Source: Alphaproteobacteria bacterium (GTDB lineage: Bacteria; Pseudomonadota; Alphaproteobacteria; JAAXGF01). Taken from it: a stretch of 64,000 nt of DNA. Positions 9,744-21,117 of this stretch are shown piece after piece. Below the pieces are notes generated by a model. The model saw only the letters and a list, made by a program, of their open reading frames with translations, was not told the DNA's origin and searched no databases. The translations under genes were made by a program, and so were the position numbers. The stretch lies in the NCBI GenBank assembly GCA_963555825.3, contig CAUVXB020000001.1, forward strand, positions 224,001 to 288,000, written 5' to 3'. Every line of letters starts with the position of its first letter. Within the stretch, counting starts at the first letter, position 1.

Positions 9744-11075
9744 ATGGCACCAATCGATCAGGCTTCGGCGCTACTCAAGGAGCTCAAGGGGAAAAAGATT
9801 CGCTACGTGCGCTTCGAGCTACCGGATATCCACGGCACGAGCCGCACCAAGGTGATTCCGATCGACAGTGTCGAGGGATATGCGCGGAACGGCCTGAACT
9901 TCTACGGCGGAACCATCGCGCTCGACTCCGCCTCCAACGTGGTGGGCGGCACGGGCATGGCCGAGGAGGTGAGTTACCGAGATCTGCAACTTGTGCCAGA
10001 TCCGAACACGGTGAGGATCGTGCCCTGGCTCGAGGACACCGCGAAGGTGATCTGTGACGCCCGCTGGGGGCCGGGCGAGCCCATCGAGGCCGCTCCCCGC
10101 TACGTGCTGAAAAGGCTCCTGAACGAGGCCGAAACGATGGGCTACGTGGTGCTCATGGGTCACGAGTTCGAGTTCTACCTGCTCGATCGCGAGACCCACG
10201 AGCCGCTCTTCGGCGGGGTGCACATCTTCAACAGCGTGCGCAACCAGTATGTGCCCTTCCTCGACAGCCTTCTCGATCAACTCCAGAGGATCGGCGTCGA
10301 CGTCATCACTCACAACTGCGAGTACTCACCCTCGCAGTTCGAAATCAACTTCGGTCCCAGCTGGGGCATCGAGGGCGCGGACAAGGCGTTCACCTTCAAA
10401 AATAGCATCAAGGAGCTCGCCCACCGCGCAGGCTATCTAGCGACTTTCATGTCCAAGCCCGCGAGCGACATGGCTGGCAGCGGATGCCACGTGCACATAA
10501 GCCTCGCAAAAAAGCGCGGCCGCAGGAATGCGTTCAACGATCCCAAGGCCCGCGACGGGATGCCCAACGTGATGCGCGCCTTCACCTGCGGCATCCTCGA
10601 TCACGCCGATGCCTTGATGCCGCTGATCGGCCCGACGCCAAATTGCTACCGGCGCCTGAAGCCCCACACCTTCGCCCCCTCCAACATAAGCTGGGGCGTC
10701 GAGGACCGCACGGCGCTGGTGCGCATCCTGCATCCGGGCACCAAGGCGGCGCACATCGAGATGCGTGCGGGCTCGGGGCTGAGCAACCCTTACCTGAGCG
10801 CCGCCGGCGTGCTCGCCGCGGGACTCCTGGGCGTGAAGGCCAAGGGCCGGTTGCCGCGACCGAGCAAGGGGCCAAGCGAGGAGAATCCCGATCTACCTAA
10901 GCTGCCGCCCAACCTCGGCGTCGCGCTCGACGGGCTCGAGGCGGACAAGGACATGCGGCGCATGCTCGGCGAGGACCTCGTGAAGGTATTCACGACCGTA
11001 AAGCGCTTCGAGCTCGCGCGCTTCAACGACCACGTCACTGACTGGGAGCGCAACGAGTACCTGGAGGTGTACTAG
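9744..11075 (+). CDS. Glutamine synthetase-like protein (gamma-glutamylamine ligase, PuuA-like)
   Basis: GHEFEFYL, SQFEIN, ATFMSKP, GSGCHVHIS, ISWGVEDRT and TDWERNEY; SD AAGGGAG upstream. Confidence 0.9.
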   Translation: MAPIDQASALLKELKGKKIRYVRFELPDIHGTSRTKVIPIDSVEGYARNGLNFYGGTIALDSASNVVGGTGMAEEVSYRDLQLVPDPNTVRIVPWLEDTAKVICDARWGPGEPIEAAPRYVLKRLLNEAETMGYVVLMGHEFEFYLLDRETHEPLFGGVHIFNSVRNQYVPFLDSLLDQLQRIGVDVITHNCEYSPSQFEINFGPSWGIEGADKAFTFKNSIKELAHRAGYLATFMSKPASDMAGSGCHVHISLAKKRGRRNAFNDPKARDGMPNVMRAFTCGILDHADALMPLIGPTPNCYRRLKPHTFAPSNISWGVEDRTALVRILHPGTKAAHIEMRAGSGLSNPYLSAAGVLAAGLLGVKAKGRLPRPSKGPSEENPDLPKLPPNLGVALDGLEADKDMRRMLGEDLVKVFTTVKRFELARFNDHVTDWERNEYLEVY

Positions 11076-11308
11076 CGCCCGGATATTTCACTAGACCGGG
11101 CTCACGCGAGCTCGCGAATACGCCCGGGCGAGCCGACGCTACCGGCGACGATCAGATAGCCGATAGCGCCTCGTGAGCGGCTTCCATGAGCAACACCGGG
11201 TCGACTTTGGTGGTGCGATAGGTGTGAGGGAAAGCGATTGGATCAACGCTAGTGTCCTGATCGATAAATTGATATGATTATGTCTCTATTTGTTTTTAGG
11301 AGGCGCGA

Positions 11309-12433
11309 TTGATGGCGAGAGTGGCGGTGACGATCTCTTTGAGCGATGACGAGCGCGCCGAATTGGAGGCGCTGTCTCGTCGTCGCAAGACGTCGCAGGG
11401 GCTTGCGCGGCGGGCTCGGATCGTCTTGGCGGCGGCGGAAGGGTTGGAGAACAAGGAGATCGCCGTTCGTCTCGAGGCGAGCGCGGACACCGTGGGCAAG
11501 TGGCGTCGCCGCTATGCGGCGGAGGGCCTCGACGGTCTGTACGACGAACCCCGCCCCGGCGCGCCGCGTCAAATCGGCGATGACGCCATCGCGGAAGCGG
11601 TCCGGCTGACGCTGGAAGAGACGCCGCCGGACGCGACCCATTGGAGCCTTCGCTCGATGGCGCGGGCGAGCGGCCACGCGCCCTCGACCATTCATCGCAT
11701 CTGGCGGGCCTTCGGCTTGCAGCCGCATCGCTCGGAGACCTTCAAGCTGTCGAGCGATCCCTTCTTCGTGGAGAAGGTCCGCGACATCGTCGGTCTGTAT
11801 TTGGCGCCGCCGGATCGTGCCCTGGTTCTCTGTGTCGACGAAAAGAGCCAGATCCAGGCCCTGGACCGTTCCCAGCCCCTCTTGCCGATGCGCCCCGGGC
11901 AGGCGGAGCGGCGCAGCCACGACTACAAGCGCCACGGCACGACCTCTCTCTTCGCGGCCCTCGACATCGCCACGGGAGAGATCATCGGCAAATGTTTCCC
12001 GCGCCATCGGGCCCGAGAGTTCCGCAAATTCCTCGACCTCGTCGAGGCGAACGTCCCTGCTGATCTCGACATCCACATCGTCATGGACAACTACGGGACC
12101 CACAAGACCAAGGCGATCCGCGACTGGTTCGCCAAACGGCCGCGCTGGCAGGCCCATTTCACACCCACCAGCGCCTCCTGGCTGAACCAGGTCGAGCGCT
12201 GGTTCGGGCTGCTGACCGACAAGCAGATCAGGCGCGGCGTCCATCGCTCCACCAAGGAGTTGGAGCGCACCATCCTCGACTACATCGACACGACAAACCA
12301 GAACCCCAAACCCTTCAAATGGACCAAATCCGCCGATGACATCCTCGGCGCCATCCAGCGCTTCTGCCTCCGAACAATCGAAATCGCTGAACAGCAGGCG
12401 AAAATCATGCGAACTTCGGAATCGGGACACTAG
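11309..12433 (+). CDS. IS630-family transposase (copy 1)
   Basis: [28 protein letters not shown] and [12 protein letters not shown] motifs. Confidence 0.95.
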   Translation: MMARVAVTISLSDDERAELEALSRRRKTSQGLARRARIVLAAAEGLENKEIAVRLEASADTVGKWRRRYAAEGLDGLYDEPRPGAPRQIGDDAIAEAVRLTLEETPPDATHWSLRSMARASGHAPSTIHRIWRAFGLQPHRSETFKLSSDPFFVEKVRDIVGLYLAPPDRALVLCVDEKSQIQALDRSQPLLPMRPGQAERRSHDYKRHGTTSLFAALDIATGEIIGKCFPRHRAREFRKFLDLVEANVPADLDIHIVMDNYGTHKTKAIRDWFAKRPRWQAHFTPTSASWLNQVERWFGLLTDKQIRRGVHRSTKELERTILDYIDTTNQNPKPFKWTKSADDILGAIQRFCLRTIEIAEQQAKIMRTSESGH

Positions 12434-12489
12434 TGTCCTGATCGATAAATTGATATGATTATGTCTCTATTTGTTTTTAGGAGGCGCGA

Positions 12490-13614
12490 TTGATGGCGAG
12501 AGTGGCGGTGACGATCTCTTTGAGCGATGACGAGCGCGCCGAATTGGAGGCGCTGTCTCGTCGTCGCAAGACGTCGCAGGGGCTTGCGCGGCGGGCTCGG
12601 ATCGTCTTGGCGGCGGCGGAAGGGTTGGAGAACAAGGAGATCGCCGTTCGTCTCGAGGCGAGCGCGGACACCGTGGGCAAGTGGCGTCGCCGCTATGCGG
12701 CGGAGGGCCTCGACGGTCTGTACGACGAACCCCGCCCCGGCGCGCCGCGTCAAATCGGCGATGACGCCATCGCGGAAGCGGTCCGGCTGACGCTGGAAGA
12801 GACGCCGCCGGACGCGACCCATTGGAGCCTTCGCTCGATGGCGCGGGCGAGCGGCCACGCGCCCTCGACCATTCATCGCATCTGGCGGGCCTTCGGCTTG
12901 CAGCCGCATCGCTCGGAGACCTTCAAGCTGTCGAGCGATCCCTTCTTCGTGGAGAAGGTCCGCGACATCGTCGGTCTGTATTTGGCGCCGCCGGATCGTG
13001 CCCTGGTTCTCTGTGTCGACGAAAAGAGCCAGATCCAGGCCCTGGACCGTTCCCAGCCCCTCTTGCCGATGCGCCCCGGGCAGGCGGAGCGGCGCAGCCA
13101 CGACTACAAGCGCCACGGCACGACCTCTCTCTTCGCGGCCCTCGACATCGCCACGGGAGAGATCATCGGCAAATGTTTCCCGCGCCATCGGGCCCGAGAG
13201 TTCCGCAAATTCCTCGACCTCGTCGAGGCGAACGTCCCTGCTGATCTCGACATCCACATCGTCATGGACAACTACGGGACCCACAAGACCAAGGCGATCC
13301 GCGACTGGTTCGCCAAACGGCCGCGCTGGCAGGCCCATTTCACACCCACCAGCGCCTCCTGGCTGAACCAGGTCGAGCGCTGGTTCGGGCTGCTGACCGA
13401 CAAGCAGATCAGGCGCGGCGTCCATCGCTCCACCAAGGAGTTGGAGCGCACCATCCTCGACTACATCGACACGACAAACCAGAACCCCAAACCCTTCAAA
13501 TGGACCAAATCCGCCGATGACATCCTCGGCGCCATCCAGCGCTTCTGCCTCCGAACAATCGAAATCGCTGAACAGCAGGCGAAAATCATGCGAACTTCGG
13601 AATCGGGACACTAG
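12490..13614 (+). CDS. IS630-family transposase (copy 2)
   Basis: Translation identical to copy 1. Confidence 0.95.
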   Translation: MMARVAVTISLSDDERAELEALSRRRKTSQGLARRARIVLAAAEGLENKEIAVRLEASADTVGKWRRRYAAEGLDGLYDEPRPGAPRQIGDDAIAEAVRLTLEETPPDATHWSLRSMARASGHAPSTIHRIWRAFGLQPHRSETFKLSSDPFFVEKVRDIVGLYLAPPDRALVLCVDEKSQIQALDRSQPLLPMRPGQAERRSHDYKRHGTTSLFAALDIATGEIIGKCFPRHRAREFRKFLDLVEANVPADLDIHIVMDNYGTHKTKAIRDWFAKRPRWQAHFTPTSASWLNQVERWFGLLTDKQIRRGVHRSTKELERTILDYIDTTNQNPKPFKWTKSADDILGAIQRFCLRTIEIAEQQAKIMRTSESGH

Positions 13615-13670
13615 TGTCCTGATCGATAAATTGATATGATTATGTCTCTATTTGTTTTTAGGAGGCGCGA

Positions 13671-14795
13671 TTGATGGCGAGAGTGGCGGTGACGATCTCT
13701 TTGAGCGATGACGAGCGCGCCGAATTGGAGGCGCTGTCTCGTCGTCGCAAGACGTCGCAGGGGCTTGCGCGGCGGGCTCGGATCGTCTTGGCGGCGGCGG
13801 AAGGGTTGGAGAACAAGGAGATCGCCGTTCGTCTCGAGGCGAGCGCGGACACCGTGGGCAAGTGGCGTCGCCGCTATGCGGCGGAGGGCCTCGACGGTCT
13901 GTACGACGAACCCCGCCCCGGCGCGCCGCGTCAAATCGGCGATGACGCCATCGCGGAAGCGGTCCGGCTGACGCTGGAAGAGACGCCGCCGGACGCGACC
14001 CATTGGAGCCTTCGCTCGATGGCGCGGGCGAGCGGCCACGCGCCCTCGACCATTCATCGCATCTGGCGGGCCTTCGGCTTGCAGCCGCATCGCTCGGAGA
14101 CCTTCAAGCTGTCGAGCGATCCCTTCTTCGTGGAGAAGGTCCGCGACATCGTCGGTCTGTATTTGGCGCCGCCGGATCGTGCCCTGGTTCTCTGTGTCGA
14201 CGAAAAGAGCCAGATCCAGGCCCTGGACCGTTCCCAGCCCCTCTTGCCGATGCGCCCCGGGCAGGCGGAGCGGCGCAGCCACGACTACAAGCGCCACGGC
14301 ACGACCTCTCTCTTCGCGGCCCTCGACATCGCCACGGGAGAGATCATCGGCAAATGTTTCCCGCGCCATCGGGCCCGAGAGTTCCGCAAATTCCTCGACC
14401 TCGTCGAGGCGAACGTCCCTGCTGATCTCGACATCCACATCGTCATGGACAACTACGGGACCCACAAGACCAAGGCGATCCGCGACTGGTTCGCCAAACG
14501 GCCGCGCTGGCAGGCCCATTTCACACCCACCAGCGCCTCCTGGCTGAACCAGGTCGAGCGCTGGTTCGGGCTGCTGACCGACAAGCAGATCAGGCGCGGC
14601 GTCCATCGCTCCACCAAGGAGTTGGAGCGCACCATCCTCGACTACATCGACACGACAAACCAGAACCCCAAACCCTTCAAATGGACCAAATCCGCCGATG
14701 ACATCCTCGGCGCCATCCAGCGCTTCTGCCTCCGAACAATCGAAATCGCTGAACAGCAGGCGAAAATCATGCGAACTTCGGAATCGGGACACTAG
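13671..14795 (+). CDS. IS630-family transposase (copy 3)
   Basis: Translation identical to copy 1. Confidence 0.95.
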   Translation: MMARVAVTISLSDDERAELEALSRRRKTSQGLARRARIVLAAAEGLENKEIAVRLEASADTVGKWRRRYAAEGLDGLYDEPRPGAPRQIGDDAIAEAVRLTLEETPPDATHWSLRSMARASGHAPSTIHRIWRAFGLQPHRSETFKLSSDPFFVEKVRDIVGLYLAPPDRALVLCVDEKSQIQALDRSQPLLPMRPGQAERRSHDYKRHGTTSLFAALDIATGEIIGKCFPRHRAREFRKFLDLVEANVPADLDIHIVMDNYGTHKTKAIRDWFAKRPRWQAHFTPTSASWLNQVERWFGLLTDKQIRRGVHRSTKELERTILDYIDTTNQNPKPFKWTKSADDILGAIQRFCLRTIEIAEQQAKIMRTSESGH

Positions 14796-14851
14796 TGTCC
14801 TGATCGATAAATTGATATGATTATGTCTCTATTTGTTTTTAGGAGGCGCGA

Positions 14852-15976
14852 TTGATGGCGAGAGTGGCGGTGACGATCTCTTTGAGCGATGACGAGCGCG
14901 CCGAATTGGAGGCGCTGTCTCGTCGTCGCAAGACGTCGCAGGGGCTTGCGCGGCGGGCTCGGATCGTCTTGGCGGCGGCGGAAGGGTTGGAGAACAAGGA
15001 GATCGCCGTTCGTCTCGAGGCGAGCGCGGACACCGTGGGCAAGTGGCGTCGCCGCTATGCGGCGGAGGGCCTCGACGGTCTGTACGACGAACCCCGCCCC
15101 GGCGCGCCGCGTCAAATCGGCGATGACGCCATCGCGGAAGCGGTCCGGCTGACGCTGGAAGAGACGCCGCCGGACGCGACCCATTGGAGCCTTCGCTCGA
15201 TGGCGCGGGCGAGCGGCCACGCGCCCTCGACCATTCATCGCATCTGGCGGGCCTTCGGCTTGCAGCCGCATCGCTCGGAGACCTTCAAGCTGTCGAGCGA
15301 TCCCTTCTTCGTGGAGAAGGTCCGCGACATCGTCGGTCTGTATTTGGCGCCGCCGGATCGTGCCCTGGTTCTCTGTGTCGACGAAAAGAGCCAGATCCAG
15401 GCCCTGGACCGTTCCCAGCCCCTCTTGCCGATGCGCCCCGGGCAGGCGGAGCGGCGCAGCCACGACTACAAGCGCCACGGCACGACCTCTCTCTTCGCGG
15501 CCCTCGACATCGCCACGGGAGAGATCATCGGCAAATGTTTCCCGCGCCATCGGGCCCGAGAGTTCCGCAAATTCCTCGACCTCGTCGAGGCGAACGTCCC
15601 TGCTGATCTCGACATCCACATCGTCATGGACAACTACGGGACCCACAAGACCAAGGCGATCCGCGACTGGTTCGCCAAACGGCCGCGCTGGCAGGCCCAT
15701 TTCACACCCACCAGCGCCTCCTGGCTGAACCAGGTCGAGCGCTGGTTCGGGCTGCTGACCGACAAGCAGATCAGGCGCGGCGTCCATCGCTCCACCAAGG
15801 AGTTGGAGCGCACCATCCTCGACTACATCGACACGACAAACCAGAACCCCAAACCCTTCAAATGGACCAAATCCGCCGATGACATCCTCGGCGCCATCCA
15901 GCGCTTCTGCCTCCGAACAATCGAAATCGCTGAACAGCAGGCGAAAATCATGCGAACTTCGGAATCGGGACACTAG
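14852..15976 (+). CDS. IS630-family transposase (copy 4)
   Basis: Translation identical to copy 1. Confidence 0.95.
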   Translation: MMARVAVTISLSDDERAELEALSRRRKTSQGLARRARIVLAAAEGLENKEIAVRLEASADTVGKWRRRYAAEGLDGLYDEPRPGAPRQIGDDAIAEAVRLTLEETPPDATHWSLRSMARASGHAPSTIHRIWRAFGLQPHRSETFKLSSDPFFVEKVRDIVGLYLAPPDRALVLCVDEKSQIQALDRSQPLLPMRPGQAERRSHDYKRHGTTSLFAALDIATGEIIGKCFPRHRAREFRKFLDLVEANVPADLDIHIVMDNYGTHKTKAIRDWFAKRPRWQAHFTPTSASWLNQVERWFGLLTDKQIRRGVHRSTKELERTILDYIDTTNQNPKPFKWTKSADDILGAIQRFCLRTIEIAEQQAKIMRTSESGH

Positions 15977-17028
15977 AGCCGATTCAATTTATTCCGGTTC
16001 ATAACCTGCTGCGGTGAAGTAGTTTCGACAGTCGATGTGTGTGAAGTCGTCGATGGCTTTTGCGATGACCTGCCAGAGGTCGTGGATGGTTCGGACGGCG
16101 GCCTTTCTGAGGGTTGCCTTGAGCTTGGAGAAAGCCATTTCGATGGGATTGAGGTCGGGCGAATAAGGCGGCAGATAGAGCAGGGTTGCGCCGGCCTGTT
16201 CGATGGTGGCACGAACGCCGGTGACCTTGTGGGCGGGCAGGTTATCCATGACGACGATGTCGCCCGGCGCCAACTCGGGCACCAGCACGTGGGTCACATA
16301 GGCGCGGAAGGCGTCCCCGTCCATCGGCCCATCGAGCAGCATGGGCGCGCTCAGGCCGCCCAAGCGCAGGCCGGCGGTGAAGGTCGTGGTCTTCCAATGG
16401 CCATGGGGGACGGCGGCCCGGCAGCGCTCTCCGCGCTTGGCCCGGCCCCGCAAGCGGGCCATTTTGGTCGAGGCGCCGGTCTCATCGATGAAGATGAGTT
16501 TTTCGGGATCAAGATCGGGTTGAGCGTCGAACCAAGCCTGGCGGCGAGCGGCGACGTCAGGCCGCTCTTGCTCGGCGGCGTGCGCGGTTTTTTTTGAAGC
16601 TGATCCCGCGCCGATCAAAGAAATACCAGATCGTCGCCGGACAAGCCGACACGGCCTGTTTCTCCGCTAGGCGCTCGGCGATCTCCGCCAGGCTGATGTC
16701 CGGCCGCTCCCTCACCAGCGCCAGAATGAAGGCCGCATGGGCATCCAGCTTCGAGCCGCCCGGCTGACCTTGCTTGCGTGCCGAAACCTCGCCCGTCTCG
16801 CGATAGCGCCGATACCAAGTCACCGCCGTCGAAACCCCGATCCCAAATCGAGCCGCCGCCTGGCGTGTCGAAAGCCCACCTGAAATCGCCTCAATCACCC
16901 GAATCCGAAGATCTGTACTGTAGCTCCGTGACATCGAACCCTCCTCTTTGAACCAGAGAGGACCGAATCACAGATCAAGCCTCAGGGGAATCCTTAAAAT
17001 GATTCCGCGTTCATTGAAACCGCTCTAG
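15973..17028 (-). mobile_element. Second, unrelated IS630-family element (two-ORF type)
   Basis: Flanked by CTAG at 15973-15976 and 17025-17028; imperfect IRs TAGAGCCGATTCAAT / ATTGAAACCGCTCTA. Confidence 0.92.
15989..16934 (-). CDS. IS630 transposase expressed via a probable -1 programmed frameshift
   Basis: HTH ORF 16557-16934 and DDE ORF (FIDETG, MDNLPAHK, LPPYSPDLNPIE) overlap at an A8 tract (T8 on +, 16588-16595). Confidence 0.88.
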
Positions 17029-17042
17029 GTCTATGCTACCCT
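17014..17042 (+). promoter_or_regulatory. Putative hybrid sigma70 promoter: IS-derived -35 plus native -10
   Basis: TTGAAA (17014-17019)-17 nt-TACCCT (17037-17042), with TG one base upstream of the -10. Confidence 0.45.
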
Positions 17043-17111
17043 GCCGCGGTTTGCGGGCCGGTCACTCGGCGCGCCGATCTTCAGTCAAAAATAAAGGGAG
17101 TGATCACCATC

Positions 17112-18257
17112 ATGAACAAGCTTAGTCGTCGCCGTTTCTTCAAGGTCTCCGGGGGTGCAGCCGCCGTGGTCGCAGCGCCGGCTCTCATTTCGAGGCGGGC
17201 CCTCGCGGCTCGCGAGAAAGAGCTCAACATCCTTTGCTGGGAGGGCTACAACTCCGACGAAGTGCTCGATCCGTTCCGCAAGATGTCCGGCGCCAAGGTG
17301 CGAGCCGAGAGCGGCACCTCGGATCCCGACATGATCAACAAGCTGCGTGCCGGCGAGATCAACGTGTGGGACGTGATCAACGTCAACCAACCATGGGCGC
17401 GCGAACACATGTATCCGGAAAAGCTGATCAAGCCGATCCCGAGGGATACGTTCGAGCCTTACATGGAAAACATGATGGAGGCGTTCCATCCGCCCTACAA
17501 GTGGGCGTTGTCCCTCGACGGCAAAGATCTCCTCGGCATGACGCAGCGCTTCGGCCCGTTCAACTTTGTAGTGAACACCGAGAAGATTTCCCGCGCTACC
17601 GCCGAGGACGAGGGCTTCGATCTCTTCAACGAGGCGAGCAACGCGGGCAAATACGGCATCCTCACTTACGACAACTGGAACATCTTCCACATGTGCCTCG
17701 GCGCGGGCGTCAACCCGTTCCAGAAGCACACCCAGGCCGACATCGATGCCTTCGAGAAGACCGCGCGCAAGTGGTTCAAGGGCGCCAAGCTGCTGACCGA
17801 CGACCTGGTGCAGATGAATCTGGCCCTCATCAACGGCGAGATCGATCTCTACTGCACCGGCGGCACCTACACCGCTTCGTCGGCGCGCCTGGATGGCGCG
17901 ACCAACGTGCGCGGCATCACGCCGAAGCGCGGTCCCATGGGCGGCAAGGGTGGTATCGTCTGGGTGGAGATCACCTCGGTGGTCAATAACCCGCAAGTCT
18001 CGCCGCTCGCCGAGGAGTTTTTGCACTATGTGCAGCGTCCGGACGTGTGCCACAGTGTGGCCTTCTCCGAGGGCACCTACAATCCCATCACCCAGATGGC
18101 GCAGCCGGAAGTGTTCAACCAGTTCACCAAGCAGGAGCTCGACGCCATCCAATGGGATACCCTCGAGGAGGATCTGTCGAACTGCTCGGACTACGACATC
18201 AATCCGGATTACGACGCCATGGATACGCTCTACAACGCGGCCAAGCGGGAGGCCTGA
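17112..18257 (+). CDS. Polyamine-type (PotD/PotF-like) ABC substrate-binding protein with Tat signal
   Basis: SRRRFFK twin-arginine signal; LNILCWEGY; SD GGGAG upstream; followed by ATPase and two permeases. Confidence 0.85.
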   Translation: MNKLSRRRFFKVSGGAAAVVAAPALISRRALAAREKELNILCWEGYNSDEVLDPFRKMSGAKVRAESGTSDPDMINKLRAGEINVWDVINVNQPWAREHMYPEKLIKPIPRDTFEPYMENMMEAFHPPYKWALSLDGKDLLGMTQRFGPFNFVVNTEKISRATAEDEGFDLFNEASNAGKYGILTYDNWNIFHMCLGAGVNPFQKHTQADIDAFEKTARKWFKGAKLLTDDLVQMNLALINGEIDLYCTGGTYTASSARLDGATNVRGITPKRGPMGGKGGIVWVEITSVVNNPQVSPLAEEFLHYVQRPDVCHSVAFSEGTYNPITQMAQPEVFNQFTKQELDAIQWDTLEEDLSNCSDYDINPDYDAMDTLYNAAKREA

Positions 18258-18297
18258 GGCTTCGCGTTCCAGGGACCAATCCGGGAGCCCGGGAGGG

Positions 18298-19371
18298 ATG
18301 CCGGACATGAGCGACGGCGTCATCCTGCGGCTCGCGGACCTGTCCAAGCACTTCGGCGCGCTCAAGGCCGTCGACTCCGTCAGCCTCGACATCAATGACG
18401 GTGAGCTGTTCACCGTCGTGGGCCCGTCGGGCAGCGGCAAGACCACGCTGCTGCGCATGCTCGCGGGCATGGAGCGGCCCACGCGGGGCGACATCCTGCT
18501 GCGCGGGGAGCGGATCAACGACATACCCACCAACCACCGCCCCACCTGCATGGTGTTCCAGTCGCTCGCGTTGTTTCCGCATCGCACGGTGGGCCAGAAC
18601 ATCGAGTTTTCGCTCAAAGTCAAGGGCGTTTCATCCGCCAATCGCCGCGAGCGCGCCGAGCAGCTAATGGCGCAGCTGCACTTGCCGCTCGACTTCTACG
18701 CCAAGCGCGTCACTGAGTGCTCCGGCGGTGAGCGCCAACGCGTGGCGCTTGCCCGCGCGCTCGCCTACGACCCGGAGATACTGTTCTTCGATGAGCCGCT
18801 GTCGGCCATCGACTATCGATTGCGCAAGACGCTCGAGAAGGAGCTCAAGGACATTCACCGGGAGACCGCCAAGACCTTCGTCTACGTCACCCACTCGCTC
18901 GAGGAGGCGATGGTGATGAGCGATCGCATCGGGATCATGCGCGCGGGCCGTCTCGTGCAGGTCGGGACCCCGGACGAGATCTACAACCGACCGATCAACA
19001 AGTTCGTCTCCGAGTTCATGGGAGAGGTGAACGTGCTCGAGGTGACTCACTCCGTGGGCAATAGGCTCGCCTGCCCGAGCCTCGACGCCGAGTTCAGCGC
19101 GCCGGCGATGCCGAACGGCTTCACCTCGGGGCACCTCGTCATCCGGCCCGAATCGGTACGCTTCCTCTCGGATCCGAGCGAGGCCGAGAACGCCGTGCAA
19201 GGCACCGTCTACAACATGTACGCGCTCGGCTCGCGCATTCAGTATCAAGTACAGGTGGGCACTCACGTCTTCACGGTGGAGAAGCTGAGAGAGCAGCGTT
19301 ACGAGGGCAATCTGGACGACGTCGTGACCGTCGGCTGGGATGCGGCCGACAGCATCCTGGTGAGCGACTGA
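18298..19371 (+). CDS. PotA-like ABC ATP-binding protein
   Basis: Walker A GPSGSGKT, signature CSGGERQR, Walker B FFDEP, TOBE-like C-terminus; start 18298 or 18307. Confidence 0.92.
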   Translation: MPDMSDGVILRLADLSKHFGALKAVDSVSLDINDGELFTVVGPSGSGKTTLLRMLAGMERPTRGDILLRGERINDIPTNHRPTCMVFQSLALFPHRTVGQNIEFSLKVKGVSSANRRERAEQLMAQLHLPLDFYAKRVTECSGGERQRVALARALAYDPEILFFDEPLSAIDYRLRKTLEKELKDIHRETAKTFVYVTHSLEEAMVMSDRIGIMRAGRLVQVGTPDEIYNRPINKFVSEFMGEVNVLEVTHSVGNRLACPSLDAEFSAPAMPNGFTSGHLVIRPESVRFLSDPSEAENAVQGTVYNMYALGSRIQYQVQVGTHVFTVEKLREQRYEGNLDDVVTVGWDAADSILVSD

Positions 19372-19376
19372 TAGCG

Positions 19377-20285
19377 ATGCCGCGCGAGCAGCTCGCGGCC
19401 GACGGGCTCGAGGTGAGCCGGGGCAGTTGGCGACTTCCCGCCTGGCTCAAGCAGCCGGGGCTTCTCTGCTCGCTGCCGCTGCTGACGCTGCTGCTGCTCG
19501 GATTCCTGGCGCCGCTGACGGTGGTCGTCGGCTACAGCTTCATGCCGCCCAAGACCTTCGGCTTCGCGCATCTGCCGACCCTCGAGAACTTTCACAACAT
19601 CATGAACGAAAGCTACTACCGCTCGTTCCTGTGGTCATTCGGCCTCGCCCTCACCACCGTGGTCATCCTACTCCTCGTCTGCTATCCGCTCGCCTACGGC
19701 ATGGCGAAGCTGTTCGGACGCTGGTCGAACCTGCTCACGCTGCTGCTGGTGATTCCGCTATTCGTCTCGGAGAACATCCGTCTTTACGGCTGGTTGCTGT
19801 TCTTGATAAAGGGGGGCGTTGTGCTCGGCGCGCTCCAGAGCTGGTTCGGCGTCTCGCCCGACAGCGTGATTTACACGGTGCCTGTCATCGTGCTCGGGCT
19901 GGTCTATGTGTACGTGCCCTTCACGCTGTTTCCCATGGTGCTCGGCATCTCGATGGTGCCGCGCGAAGTGACGGACGCGGCCGCCGATCTAGGTGCCAGC
20001 CGCTGGCAGGTGTTTCTCGAGGTGGAGCTCCCTCTCGCCATGCCCGGCTACCTCATCGGCGCCATGCTCACCTTCGTGCTCGCGCTCGGCTCGCTTGCGG
20101 AGTCGAAGATCCTCGGCGGCCAGACGGTGATCATGATTGCCGACGACATCGAGACCGCCTTCACCTTCAGTCAGAACTGGCCACTCGGCTCGGCGCTATC
20201 GGTGCTGCTGATCGCGCTCGTCGGAGCGATGCTGCTGTACTTGCTCAAGCGCCTCGACCTCGACGCCATCCTCGGGCGGCGGTGA
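19377..20285 (+). CDS. ABC permease (PotB-like)
   Basis: Multiple TM segments, EAA-like loop DAAADLGA, NWPLGSA. Confidence 0.9.
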   Translation: MPREQLAADGLEVSRGSWRLPAWLKQPGLLCSLPLLTLLLLGFLAPLTVVVGYSFMPPKTFGFAHLPTLENFHNIMNESYYRSFLWSFGLALTTVVILLLVCYPLAYGMAKLFGRWSNLLTLLLVIPLFVSENIRLYGWLLFLIKGGVVLGALQSWFGVSPDSVIYTVPVIVLGLVYVYVPFTLFPMVLGISMVPREVTDAAADLGASRWQVFLEVELPLAMPGYLIGAMLTFVLALGSLAESKILGGQTVIMIADDIETAFTFSQNWPLGSALSVLLIALVGAMLLYLLKRLDLDAILGRR

Positions 20286-20290
20286 CCGGC

Positions 20291-21106
20291 ATGGAGGAAC
20301 GGAGCAAGCGCATCGCGCGCAACCTGATCGCCCTTTGGGCGGCCTGCATGCTGGTGTTCATGTACCTGCCGATTGCCTGCGTCACCCTCGCCTCGCTCTC
20401 CAAGAATCGGTACTTCCGCTTCCCCATCGCCAACTACGACACCGTGTGGTACAGCAAGGCCTTCACCTCGCTTACGGTGCGCGGCTTGTTCGAGACCTCA
20501 CTGTCCATTGCGGTGCTGGTGACCGCCATCTCGGTGGTGCTCGCCTTCTTCGGCGCGCTCGCCTTCGCGCGCTTCGAGTGGCGGGGGCGCAAGCACTACC
20601 AGCGCGTCGTGCTGTTGCCCATCTTCTTTCCGCAGGCGGTGCTCGGCCTCGCGTTGCTGGTGTGGCTTAGCACGCTTGGGATCATCCCCGATTGGCGCAC
20701 CGCGGTGTTCGCGCACCTCATCTGGGTGGTGCCCATCGCCACCCTGGTGATGGCCATTCAAGCCTACAGCCTTGACCCGGCCCTCGAGGAGGCAGCCTTC
20801 GACCTCGGGGCTAGCCGCTTTCAGGTGCTCAAGGAGATAACCATCCCCATGCTCTGGCCGGGGATCTTCTCGGGGGCGTTGTTCTCCTTTTTGCTCTCTT
20901 GGAGCAACTTTCCGCTGTCGATGTTCACGACCGGTGCGGATCAGACGATTCCCGAGTGGTTGTATGCAAAAATGGTGGCGGGCTACACGCCGCTGGTGCC
21001 CACGCTGGGGGCGCTCACCACCCTTGGCGCGGCCGTGATGCTGCTGGGAGGTTACGCGGTCATCATGCTCACGCGACGGGCCCGGTCGCGGTCGGCAAAC
21101 GAATAG
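20291..21106 (+). CDS. ABC permease (PotC-like)
   Basis: ATG at 20291; FMYLPI; EAA loop LEEAAFDLGAS. Confidence 0.9.
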   Translation: MEERSKRIARNLIALWAACMLVFMYLPIACVTLASLSKNRYFRFPIANYDTVWYSKAFTSLTVRGLFETSLSIAVLVTAISVVLAFFGALAFARFEWRGRKHYQRVVLLPIFFPQAVLGLALLVWLSTLGIIPDWRTAVFAHLIWVVPIATLVMAIQAYSLDPALEEAAFDLGASRFQVLKEITIPMLWPGIFSGALFSFLLSWSNFPLSMFTTGADQTIPEWLYAKMVAGYTPLVPTLGALTTLGAAVMLLGGYAVIMLTRRARSRSANE

Positions 21107-21117
21107 CGAGCTGACGG

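Larger units (their letters stand above)
11249..15976 (+). repeat. Four head-to-tail IS630 copies, 1181-bp period, sharing CTAG junctions
   Basis: CTAG at 11249, 12430, 13611, 14792 and 15973; four identical 374-aa translations. Confidence 0.97.

Noticed and set aside
11249-15973. 393-aa antisense ORFs in IS630, and similar long antisense ORFs elsewhere
   Set aside because: Shadow frames expected in high-GC coding DNA; no recognisable motifs.
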